64,000 bases of DNA from Patescibacteria group bacterium (GTDB taxonomy: Bacteria > Patescibacteriota > Patescibacteriia > Magasanikbacterales > GWA2-37-8), in NCBI GenBank assembly GCA_041661385.1, contig JBAZUP010000001.1, forward strand, positions 704,907 through 768,906. The letters are read 5' to 3'. This document shows, one piece after another, positions 35,614 through 44,101 of the stretch. Numbering within the stretch: position 1 is the stretch's first letter; every line of letters starts with the position of its first letter. Both the position numbers and the translations under genes were made by a program. Below the pieces are notes generated by a model that ran no database searches, was not told the DNA's origin, and worked only from the letters and a program-made list of their open reading frames with translations.

Positions 35614-35952
35614 CTAGCTTTTCATCTTAATTAGCCTGCCAATCTGGACTCGTTTGAACCAAAAGACGCGTTTGCCTTGTCCTTCGAATTGGGCGATGAT
35701 CCGGATTGGATATTTTATTTTCAGACTGATGTACTCAGTCAGCCAATCTTTGATGATTTCACTTTCGGTGTCATTTTCACCGATCGTGATTCCGAATTCA
35801 TCGTTCCAGCTCACAGTGCCGTCTGAACCAGCGACGCTGGTATCGGGCATTTGCCGGATTTTGAAATCGTGAGAGGAAAAATTTTTGGCAAGTTTTTCAC
35901 GCAACCTTGCTTTTAGCGGGTCGATTGCAGAAGTGGCTTTCTTTTTGCCCAT
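35614..35952 (-). CDS. hypothetical protein
   Basis: 112 aa ORF with no recognisable motif. Confidence 0.3.
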   Translation of the reverse strand: MGKKKATSAIDPLKARLREKLAKNFSSHDFKIRQMPDTSVAGSDGTVSWNDEFGITIGENDTESEIIKDWLTEYISLKIKYPIRIIAQFEGQGKRVFWFKRVQIGRLIKMKS

Positions 35953-36062
35953 GGCTTCCTCCGTGGAAAATGAACTAAGTTTACCCTAGTAGAAAATACG
36001 CAAAAAGTCAATGGTTAGAGGTTGCTGAAGCCGTTAAAAAATGGTAAGATTAAACATGTAAT

Positions 36063-37085
36063 ATGTTTAAAATTTTTGAGGGAAAATTGATAATTTTTTC
36101 TTTTTTTATTGCCATTTTTGGTTTATTTGTTTTTAGCTTAGCTGCGCAGGCTCAGGTTACTGATGTTGTTTCTTCAACAATTGCAACCACAACCACGGAG
36201 GAAGCCACCTCGTCACCCTGGGATGAAGCTCCGGCAGTTGTTGAACCGACCATCAGGGTAGGAATTTATAAAACCGATAAAAAGGTTTTATTCATGTCGC
36301 CTTATTCATATGAGGTGATTTCCAATGAACAAAGTTTGGGGTTAGTTGAAGAAGGAAAGCTTGTTACCCTTTCTTATGATAATGGAGTTTATAGCATTGT
36401 TACGGATTCGTTTAGTACAACTAGTATTTATTTTATAAGATTAATTTCGCATGATGCGGACAGCTATTTTTCAATTATGAACCTGGATCGGCATTTGATT
36501 GGTCGAAGTCAATTGAATTTTGCCACTTTTCGCGGTGATCTTGAATATCGATATGCTCCTAAAAGCGAAATACCATATGTGATAAATGAATTATTACTCG
36601 AAAACTATGTTGCCGGTATAGCTGAAACTTCTAATGGCGCCCCGGATGAATATATAAAGGCTCTCCAAATTGCTGCCCGGACTTATGCCTACATGAATAT
36701 TGGACCAGCACCGAGTGAAAAACGAATGTTTGATGTTTACGCAAGCACAGTAGACCAGCTCTATCTTGGTTATAATTTTGAGCAATTCAGCCCGCGCATC
36801 GCTTTGTTTACGGCGGCAACAAGAGGTCAGATGGTAACATACAGAGATAAGCCGGTTACAACTTATTATTACAGCCGTTCAAATGGAAAAACAAAAACAA
36901 AACCAGGTGTGCCTTGGCTAAAAAGTGTGGCTTGCAAGTATGACAAAGGTTGGCGACAGCTTGGTCACGGCTACGGCATGAGTAATCGTGATGCGGCCGC
37001 GAGAGCAAGGATAGATAAGTGGAAATATGAAAAAATACTGAATTATTATTATTCAGGAACAAAGGTTCAAAAATTATATGAATAA
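36063..37085 (+). CDS. SpoIID/LytB-domain protein (secreted cell-wall remodelling factor)
   Basis: N-terminal signal/TM, then the SpoIID signature (INELLLENYVAGIAETSNGAPDEYIKALQIAARTYAYMNIG) and the distal Y.GH motifs. Confidence 0.6.
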   Translation: MFKIFEGKLIIFSFFIAIFGLFVFSLAAQAQVTDVVSSTIATTTTEEATSSPWDEAPAVVEPTIRVGIYKTDKKVLFMSPYSYEVISNEQSLGLVEEGKLVTLSYDNGVYSIVTDSFSTTSIYFIRLISHDADSYFSIMNLDRHLIGRSQLNFATFRGDLEYRYAPKSEIPYVINELLLENYVAGIAETSNGAPDEYIKALQIAARTYAYMNIGPAPSEKRMFDVYASTVDQLYLGYNFEQFSPRIALFTAATRGQMVTYRDKPVTTYYYSRSNGKTKTKPGVPWLKSVACKYDKGWRQLGHGYGMSNRDAAARARIDKWKYEKILNYYYSGTKVQKLYE

Positions 37086-37111
37086 ACCCGGCCGATTGGC
37101 CGGGTTTATTT
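37085..37111. terminator. bidirectional terminator
   Basis: aacccggcc-gatt-ggccgggtttattt. Confidence 0.6.
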
Positions 37112-37670
37112 AAATGTTCGAAGTAGCGGTGCCGTTGGCATTGTGAAATTTACGATCTTCTTCGGCGAGATCAAGAATATGCTGGCGCAAATGTTCAGGG
37201 TCGGGAACATTGGTAATCATAAATTTTTCAACGGCCCCGGCGGTTTGAATAAGCAAATCGCCAAAATCAAATAGTGATGGAATAAAACCGTTAATTGTTG
37301 AAGTTATATCCTGAATTTTGTATAAGTCAACTTCAGAAATGGTTCTAGAAAATACTCCTTCTTGTTCGATATGAAGCAAGCGGTCGTTTGTGATAACAAG
37401 TAAATCCAAATAAAAATTTACAAAATAGGTAAAGTAAAAAAGTCCGGCGGCGAGATAATATATCCCGGCAAGCAATGTTAAACAGACTATCAATATTTCG
37501 TTTTCAAATATATTTGCAAAATTGTGGGCGGCAAACCAATAAAAAACGGTTGGTAATAAAAGTAAAACTCCAAAAAATAATAAGGAAGGAACGGTGATTA
37601 TCGGGTGCTTACGAAGTTTGTAAACAATTTTCTCGTAAGTTTTTTGGTGGATAAAGGTTGAGAGTAGCAT
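37110..37670 (-). CDS. hypothetical membrane protein
   Basis: 186 aa with three or four TM segments; no assignable motif. Confidence 0.35.
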   Translation of the reverse strand: MLLSTFIHQKTYEKIVYKLRKHPIITVPSLLFFGVLLLLPTVFYWFAAHNFANIFENEILIVCLTLLAGIYYLAAGLFYFTYFVNFYLDLLVITNDRLLHIEQEGVFSRTISEVDLYKIQDITSTINGFIPSLFDFGDLLIQTAGAVEKFMITNVPDPEHLRQHILDLAEEDRKFHNANGTATSNI

Positions 37671-37672
37671 AA

Positions 37673-37984
37673 TTATTGTCCGTTATCGAATGAGCTCGAG
37701 GCATTAATTATGCCGCCTAATTCAAATGAAAAAGGTTGATTCCATGGAAAATCGCTGACTAAATTCCAGGTGATGCTGATAACCGCAAAGGAATAAAATA
37801 AAAAAATGAAAGTAAAAATAAAGCTGGTAAGAGAAACTGCCCCGATTTTAAAAATGTGCCGAATGTTTATAAGGGTTAGTGAAAAGTGTATAAACAAATA
37901 AACACCAAACGGAATGAGAAGTAAGATTGGAGAAAAATTTAGCATAGCGACTCCATTATAACAACAAAACCAAGAAATATGCAA
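37673..37984 (-). CDS. hypothetical small membrane protein
   Basis: 103 aa with three TMs. Confidence 0.3.
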   Translation of the reverse strand: MHISWFCCYNGVAMLNFSPILLLIPFGVYLFIHFSLTLINIRHIFKIGAVSLTSFIFTFIFLFYSFAVISITWNLVSDFPWNQPFSFELGGIINASSSFDNGQ

Positions 37985-37993
37985 AACCGCGCT

Positions 37994-38455
37994 TTAAAGC
38001 GCGGTTTTTTTATAAATATAGACTCCATTTATGAATAATAAGGTGGAGGTTGCGGCAGAAAACAAACAGTATAGGCAAAGCGCTTGGATAACAAAAATTT
38101 GCAGATAAAGAAAATATAATGAAGCAAGAATGCCGATGAAAGTATAGGCGGAAAGAAGGTGTAAGATTTTGATTATTTTAAGATCGAGAAACAACAGTGC
38201 TCCAAAAATAATCACCGAATAATAGGCGACACCTAGTAGTGCTAGCGGAACCGGACCAACAGTTGAATATTTACTAATTAAAACTGTGCCGCAGCCGGTG
38301 ACAACTGTGCAGACCGGAATAATGCCGCGGTAGTGCTCGATGGTAAGGTAGCTAGCGTCGAGAAAGCCGATAATACCGAGCAATAAAAATATTATCGCGC
38401 CAATCTTATCGATTTTCGGTAATGGCGGTGGCGACGTTTGTTTCAAGGTCTCCAT
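37994..38455 (-). CDS. vitamin K epoxide reductase (VKOR) family protein, DsbB-like disulfide-generating membrane enzyme
   Basis: 153 aa; loop Cys pair CTVVTGC and TM4 active site CLYC in VKOR spacing. Confidence 0.55.
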   Translation of the reverse strand: METLKQTSPPPLPKIDKIGAIIFLLLGIIGFLDASYLTIEHYRGIIPVCTVVTGCGTVLISKYSTVGPVPLALLGVAYYSVIIFGALLFLDLKIIKILHLLSAYTFIGILASLYFLYLQIFVIQALCLYCLFSAATSTLLFINGVYIYKKTAL

Positions 38456-39128
38456 AAGTCTGTAAATTTAAAACTTTTCCGTTCAAAAAGAAAGTCGGTG
38501 TTCCTTGAATGCCAGAAGCGGAGCCGCTTGAAATATCTTTTTGAATTCGGTTTTCTACTTCAATACTTTTTAAATCGGAAATAAATTTTTCTTTATTTAA
38601 GCCAAGTTGTACAGCGTAATCAGCAAATATTTTTTCTGGTTCGGGAGCTACAGTCCAAGTCGTTTGATTGTCAAATAACTTATCATGCATTTCCCAGAAT
38701 TTACCTTGAGCTGACGCCGCTTCTGAAGCACGTGCGGCAAGATCGCTTTTGTCATGAGAAGGAAGCGGGAAGTGGCGGTAAACAAGTAAAATATCTTTAC
38801 CGTATTTTTGCTCCACAGTTTTTACTACCGGATAAAACTGTCCACATGCCGGACACTGAAAGTCGCTATATTCAACCAAAACAACTTTGGAGGCGAGGTT
38901 TCCTTTGGTATGGTCTGTTGCTGAAACTGGTTCAGAAAGGGGAGTTGTATTATTGGTAGAAGTTGGGGCTCCAAATTTAGCTAGTCCCCAAACCATGCCG
39001 ACTAAAGCGATTAAAATACCACCCCAGAGACCAAGGCGTTTTAAAAGGATTAGTTGTTTTTCTCGTGATTCTTTTTTCCTTAATTCTTCAATCCGTTTTT
39101 CTTGATCGGTTTTAGTATTATTTTCCAT
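38406..39128 (-). CDS. DsbA-like thiol:disulfide oxidoreductase (thioredoxin fold), membrane-anchored, partner of VKOR
   Basis: TM anchor then Trx fold with CPAC active site (EYSDFQCPACGQFYPV). Start set to the ATG at 39128 (MENNTKT...); the track's 39191 start adds 21 unlikely residues. Confidence 0.6.
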   Translation of the reverse strand: MENNTKTDQEKRIEELRKKESREKQLILLKRLGLWGGILIALVGMVWGLAKFGAPTSTNNTTPLSEPVSATDHTKGNLASKVVLVEYSDFQCPACGQFYPVVKTVEQKYGKDILLVYRHFPLPSHDKSDLAARASEAASAQGKFWEMHDKLFDNQTTWTVAPEPEKIFADYAVQLGLNKEKFISDLKSIEVENRIQKDISSGSASGIQGTPTFFLNGKVLNLQTYGDLETNVATAITENR

Positions 39129-39220
39129 ATAATTACTAATTATTATGACTTTGATATTATACTCTGGGGTACTAAAATAACAACCCCCCACGGAAATTGT
39201 GAGGGGTTGTGAAAATATTT

Positions 39221-40291
39221 TTAAGCTTCTTCCGGTGGCGGTACTGTTTCGTCACCTGCTGGAGATTCTTCTTCCGGTGGTTCACCTTTTTCAACTACTT
39301 CTAGAACTTGCTTGCGAATCTTATCTAATAGTTTGGGGTTGTCTCTTAAATATTTTTTGGCGGTTTCACGACCGACGCCGAGTTTTTCTTCACCATACAG
39401 GTAAGAGTTACCTTTTTTGTCTACTACTTTATAGGTAACGGCCGTATCAAGCGTATCGCCAGAAACCGAAATGCCTTCGTTATACATAATATCAAACTCA
39501 CAAGTGCGGAACGGAGCGGCAACTTTATTTTTAACGATCTTTACTTTTACCCGATTGCCGATAATTTTGTCGCCTTGTTTGATTTGAGCGGCGCGACGGA
39601 TTTCAATTCGAACTGAAGCGTAAAATTTGAGAGCGACGCCACCGGTAGTAGTTTCGGGATTGCCAAAGACAATGCCGATCTTCATGCGGGTCTGGTTAAT
39701 GAATACTACTAAGGTTTTGGATTTACTCACAATGCCGGTGAGCTTGCGGAGCGCCTGGCTCATGAGGCGAGCCTGTAGGCCCATGTGGCTATCACCCATT
39801 TCACCTTCGATTTCTGCTTTTGGTACCAGTGCGGCTACTGAGTCAACCACAATTACATCTACAGCGTTTGATCGAACCAGGGTTTCAACGATTTCAAGAG
39901 CTTGTTCACCGGTATCAGGTTGTGAGATTAAAAGTTCATCAACCTTAACGCCAATTTTGCGAGCATAATCCGGATCAAGCGCGTGTTCAGCATCAACATA
40001 CGCGGCAATGCCGCCCATTTTTTGAACTTCTGAAACGATGTGTTGGGCGAGAGTGCTTTTACCACTGGCTTCCGGTCCATAAATTTCGACAATTCTTCCG
40101 CGTGGTACGCCAAATACCCCTAGGGCAATATCCACAGAGAGGCAGCCGGTTGGCACCACATCTACATCCATGGATCGGTTGTCGCCAAATTTCATTATAG
40201 ATCCTTCGCCAAAACGAGTTCGAATTTGTTCGATCGCGCTTTCAGCCGCTTTTAATTTCTCCTTTACTTCATCACTGATTTGCTTAGCCAT
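39221..40291 (-). CDS. recA: recombinase RecA
   Basis: Walker [12 protein letters not shown]1/L2 loops, VDSVAAL; 356 aa with an acidic/Pro-rich C-terminal tail. Confidence 0.95.
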   Translation of the reverse strand: MAKQISDEVKEKLKAAESAIEQIRTRFGEGSIMKFGDNRSMDVDVVPTGCLSVDIALGVFGVPRGRIVEIYGPEASGKSTLAQHIVSEVQKMGGIAAYVDAEHALDPDYARKIGVKVDELLISQPDTGEQALEIVETLVRSNAVDVIVVDSVAALVPKAEIEGEMGDSHMGLQARLMSQALRKLTGIVSKSKTLVVFINQTRMKIGIVFGNPETTTGGVALKFYASVRIEIRRAAQIKQGDKIIGNRVKVKIVKNKVAAPFRTCEFDIMYNEGISVSGDTLDTAVTYKVVDKKGNSYLYGEEKLGVGRETAKKYLRDNPKLLDKIRKQVLEVVEKGEPPEEESPAGDETVPPPEEA

Positions 40292-40310
40292 AATATAGTA
40301 TTATCTCCTT

Positions 40311-41012
40311 TTAATTATTTTTTAAAGTTAAGGGTTCGTGTCCGGCAGGTAATTTTACCACAATGTGTCTTGTGATGGTAGAGGTTTTGCCGTGTTTTTT
40401 GGTTGCAGAAATTTGAATAGTATTTACCCCGGCGCTAAGATCGATTTGGGCGGAGAATCTACCTTCTTCGTTGACCATTACTTCGGCGCCATTTATTGTC
40501 AGGCGGGACTCTTTTTCAGTTTCTCCTTCAATAACGGTATGAGCGCTCGTTGCGACCAATCCTTCAATTGGCGAAAAAATTGCTAGCTGGGGCGGTTGTA
40601 AAATTCCGCGTACTTGCCAGATAAGATAGCCGGCAAAGACTATTACCATGGCGAAAGCGGCAAAATTACGGACAAAAATAGAAATGGAAGCAAAAGGAAA
40701 AAGACGAACGCCGCGCCTTGGATGACTTAGGTTTGCGTCGGCTAATCCAAATTCATTTTCAAATTGTTCAGTGCAATCGACGGGAGAAAGTTGAAATATT
40801 TTGGCGACTTCTCGAACATAAGCGAGGCGATGCGCTTTGGCTTCAGGAAGTTTTGAATATTGTCCGTTTTCTAATGCCTCCAAATATTTTAGAGGAATTC
40901 GGGTAAGCTTAGAAACAGAAATTAAATCAAGGCCGCGATCTTCTCGGGTCATTCGTATTTTATCTCCCAATCGTACTGCTGGGGTCATTTTTTTGATGCA
41001 GAAGATTGTCAT
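40311..41012 (-). CDS. RodZ-like cytoskeleton protein (XRE HTH, TM, C-terminal DUF4115-like domain)
   Basis: N-terminal HTH (LGDKIRMTREDRGLDLISVSKLTRIPLKYLEALENG), a TM (FAAFAMVIVFAGYLIW), and a C-terminal beta domain. Confidence 0.55.
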   Translation of the reverse strand: MTIFCIKKMTPAVRLGDKIRMTREDRGLDLISVSKLTRIPLKYLEALENGQYSKLPEAKAHRLAYVREVAKIFQLSPVDCTEQFENEFGLADANLSHPRRGVRLFPFASISIFVRNFAAFAMVIVFAGYLIWQVRGILQPPQLAIFSPIEGLVATSAHTVIEGETEKESRLTINGAEVMVNEEGRFSAQIDLSAGVNTIQISATKKHGKTSTITRHIVVKLPAGHEPLTLKNN

Positions 41013-43300
41013 ATTTTTTCTTCTTCGCTGTCGGATTTTGGTTCAGTGAGAACTACTCCGCCAGAATCTAAAGTTTGTTCGTTGACTGGCATTTCTTCCG
41101 GTGGCGCATCCATTAGGTGTTCGGTAAATACTTCGCGAGGCTTGGCTCCGATGCCTGGACCTACTATACCAGCATCCTCTAATTGGTCAAGGATTTTTGC
41201 CGCTCTCGCATATCCGATACTGAGCCGGCGTTGTAAATAAGTAGCGCTTGCCTTGCCGCTTTCCAATACTTCATTTTTTGCTTCTTCAAACATTGGATCG
41301 TGAGCGTCCGATGGGCCGCCAAATAAATTCATTGTGCCACCGCCGCCAATTTTTTCAACGATAGCTTCGTTGTATTGTGGCGGCTCGTCACCGCGAACAA
41401 ATTTTACAATATCTTTTATTTCATTGACGGTAATAAATGCGCCCTGAAGACGTTTGGGCGCGCTCATATCCGTAGTCTGATAAAGCATATCGCCGTTGCC
41501 AAGAAGTTTGTCGGCACCAGCCGCGTCTAAAATAGTACGTGAATCAATAACAGATTTTAATTTGAAAGAAATACGTCCCGGCATATTGGCCTTCATGAGA
41601 CCGGTAATAACATCCGCGCTTGGCCTTTGAGTCGCTACTACCAAATGAATGCCCGCCGCCCGTCCTTTTTGAGCAAGACGAACGATACTGGATTCAGCAT
41701 CTGCAGCAGTTTGATGCATTAATTCCGCCCATTCATCTACCGCTAGTACAAGGTACGGCATTGTTTCTTGAGATTGTTTGTTAAACTCCTCAATATCTCT
41801 GGTGCCGGAGAGAGCAATCGCGCTAAATCGTCTTTCCATTTCGGTAATTAGCCAGCGTAAAGCATTTACCGCCTTGTTGGCTTCGACTATAACTGGAGTT
41901 AATAAATGTGGAATACCGTTGTACGGAATAAATTCAACTTGTTTCGGATCGATCATAATAAAACGCAAAGTCTCGGGAGTATTTTGAAAAAGTAAACTTG
42001 AAATAATAATATTCATGCAGACCGTTTTGCCAGACCGGGTTGTGCCGGCGACCAAAAGGTGAGGCATTTTTGTTAGATCAACAATATTAACTTTTCCAGC
42101 CACATCTTTTCCGAGCGGTAGCGTCATTTTATTTTCGCGATTTTTAAATTCTTTACTTTCAAGCAGTTCATGAAGAGTGACAGTAGCTTTTTTTTGATTC
42201 GGCACTTCAATACCAACTAAAGATTTACCGGGAATGGGCGCTTCAATGCGAACGGTATCGGCGGCGAGCGCCATCGCAAGATTAGAATTTAAACCGGTGA
42301 TTTTAGACAATTTAATTCCATCGTAAGGTTTTAAAGAATATTGAGTGACGGTAGGTCCGACCTGTACTTCGCCCATTTCCACTTCAATATCGAAGTTCTT
42401 TAAAGTGTTTTTAATTATTTCTGCGTTAGCCGTAATATCTCCAGAAGTTGGTTTGCTTTTTGAAGTTTGTAAAATACCCAAAGGCGGGAGTCGGTAATTT
42501 GAATTTGGTTTGGAAAGAACAATTTTTTCTTGGGGGCTATTTTCTTCTTCAATTTGCTCTTCTTCTTTTTCAATCGTTTCTTCTTCATCTGCATTTTCAA
42601 CGGCACTAATTTTGTGGCGCGCAAATTCTCGTTCTTCCTCTTCAACTTTTTCTTCCTCAACTTCTTTCGGCAAAACTTTTTCATAATCGCCATTGATAGC
42701 GAATTTTACTTTTTCTTTGCGGAACGTTTCAAAAAAAGCAATTATTTGTTTTCCGATCCAACCAAACATCAAAAATACTTTTTTATTTAATTCGACAATT
42801 CTTGCGAGTGAAGTGTTAAAAATAAAAATGATAGAAGCTAACCAAAGACCAAATAAAATAATCGCGGCGCCCCAATAAGATACATAAGTAAGAAGCGGCC
42901 AAGCAAGGGCGAGGCCAACTAAGCCGCCGCCTTCACCTTGAAGGGCTAGATCAACCATTTTGTCTAAGGGCTTTTGTAAATGAACTAAACCATTAAAACT
43001 TAGAAAAAACATTACGCTACCGATAAGGTGAGTGGATCGGTAGGAATATTCCATGTCTTTAATAAGAAGTACACCAACAATAAGTAAAATAAAGGGAAAA
43101 ACATAACGAACCTGGCCAAAGGTAATCGCAAGGAGTGAGTCTAGAAAATGGCCAAGAACACCGGCCAATGAAAAAAAGCTAAGAATTGATAAACCGCCAA
43201 TAATAAAAAGGATAATAGAAATAAGACCGCGGCTAACGTCGGCTTCTAATAAATTTTCTTGTTTTGGTGGCCTGGCCTGGTATTGGCGGTAACGGGTCAT
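41009..43300 (-). CDS. ftsK: DNA translocase FtsK/SpoIIIE
   Basis: N-terminal TMs, an acidic linker, motor Walker A (GTTRSGKTV), Walker B (VLAVDEWAELM), and the C-terminal gamma domain (ATYLQRRLSIGYARAAKILDQLEDAGIVGP). Confidence 0.9.
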   Translation of the reverse strand: MTRYRQYQARPPKQENLLEADVSRGLISIILFIIGGLSILSFFSLAGVLGHFLDSLLAITFGQVRYVFPFILLIVGVLLIKDMEYSYRSTHLIGSVMFFLSFNGLVHLQKPLDKMVDLALQGEGGGLVGLALAWPLLTYVSYWGAAIILFGLWLASIIFIFNTSLARIVELNKKVFLMFGWIGKQIIAFFETFRKEKVKFAINGDYEKVLPKEVEEEKVEEEEREFARHKISAVENADEEETIEKEEEQIEEENSPQEKIVLSKPNSNYRLPPLGILQTSKSKPTSGDITANAEIIKNTLKNFDIEVEMGEVQVGPTVTQYSLKPYDGIKLSKITGLNSNLAMALAADTVRIEAPIPGKSLVGIEVPNQKKATVTLHELLESKEFKNRENKMTLPLGKDVAGKVNIVDLTKMPHLLVAGTTRSGKTVCMNIIISSLLFQNTPETLRFIMIDPKQVEFIPYNGIPHLLTPVIVEANKAVNALRWLITEMERRFSAIALSGTRDIEEFNKQSQETMPYLVLAVDEWAELMHQTAADAESSIVRLAQKGRAAGIHLVVATQRPSADVITGLMKANMPGRISFKLKSVIDSRTILDAAGADKLLGNGDMLYQTTDMSAPKRLQGAFITVNEIKDIVKFVRGDEPPQYNEAIVEKIGGGGTMNLFGGPSDAHDPMFEEAKNEVLESGKASATYLQRRLSIGYARAAKILDQLEDAGIVGPGIGAKPREVFTEHLMDAPPEEMPVNEQTLDSGGVVLTEPKSDSEEEKI

Positions 43301-43330
43301 AGTTTGACTAGTATACCATAAAAATTATCA

Positions 43331-43430
43331 AATCCCAATGACCAATTACCAATAAAAACCGTAATTTCCAATGCCTCATTTTAAAATAGTTTGGGCATTG
43401 AAAATTGGGTATTGGGGTTTAAAAAATTCC
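43331..43430. repeat. CCAAT-rich repeat motifs in inverted arrangement (family shared with 1513-1545)
   Basis: cccaatgaccaattaccaata (43337-43357) and, on the opposite strand, ccccaatacccaattttcaatgcccaa (43399-43425). The latter matches cccaatacccaaaatccaatgaccaa at 1513-1538 (about 23 of 26 nt). Confidence 0.5.
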
Positions 43431-43827
43431 TATCATTAGGAATTTTTGTATTCTTTCCCTGCTACACTGCGAGAAGAGTTGGCTGTCCTAATACGCAAAT
43501 AGAATCTTGAAAACGTTACCTTAACGTATATAAAATAGTTAAAGGCAATAGAGAGGTGTTTTTTTGAAAAAATTTGGATGTGACGGCAACGCTTTCGCAG
43601 TTGAGCAGAGAAAAAATCATTTTTATCTACTACATTTTAGAAGTGAATAATATTACTGTCAACTGTGTATAAGTCGGTCATAATTATTATTTCGGCCGCG
43701 ATGCCAATATTGATAAACGAAGGCCTGTGGATAACATTTATTCAATATAATTGTTATTAGTCCGGATTTGCCTAGTTTTAGCCATAATTAATTAAATTCT
43801 TGACAAGCTTAAGAAGTCGTATATTGC

Positions 43828-43856
43828 TTGACAATAAGCCAAAATAAAGGTAAAAT
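43828..43856 (+). promoter_or_regulatory. strong sigma70-like promoter upstream of rpoBC
   Basis: TTGACA-17 nt-TAAAAT; an overlapping weaker TTGACA-14-TATATT sits at 43800-43825. About 245-nt leader. Confidence 0.55.
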
Positions 43857-44052
43857 GCGGTAAGCTTTTTAAAAATAATTTCGCGGTAGACGAATTTTGG
43901 CTAACATTAGCCTAAATTGTTTACTACGATAAATTCATTTGGTTCGTCACGAAAGGCGGACTGAATGCAAGGTAACCAAAACTTCATGTCCAAGTTGTCG
44001 TCAACCTTGCTCATTTGGCTGAAAATACAGTAAATCTAGGTAGAAATCCGTT

Positions 44053-44070
44053 GCCCACCGGGCTTTTTTT
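44053..44070 (+). promoter_or_regulatory. weak terminator-like hairpin plus T7 in the rpoB leader, possible attenuator
   Basis: gccc-acc-gggc followed by ttttttt, 31 nt before the rpoB ATG. Confidence 0.3.
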
Positions 44071-44101
44071 CGTTATTAATAACCTTTTTTAATAATTTTA
44101 C

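Noticed and set aside
42415-42878. Lys- and Phe-rich short ORFs inside ftsK (for example MAIMKKFCRKKLRKKK...)
   Set aside because: These are translations of the acidic, Glu-rich linker region of FtsK in wrong frames or on the wrong strand, giving low-complexity artefacts.
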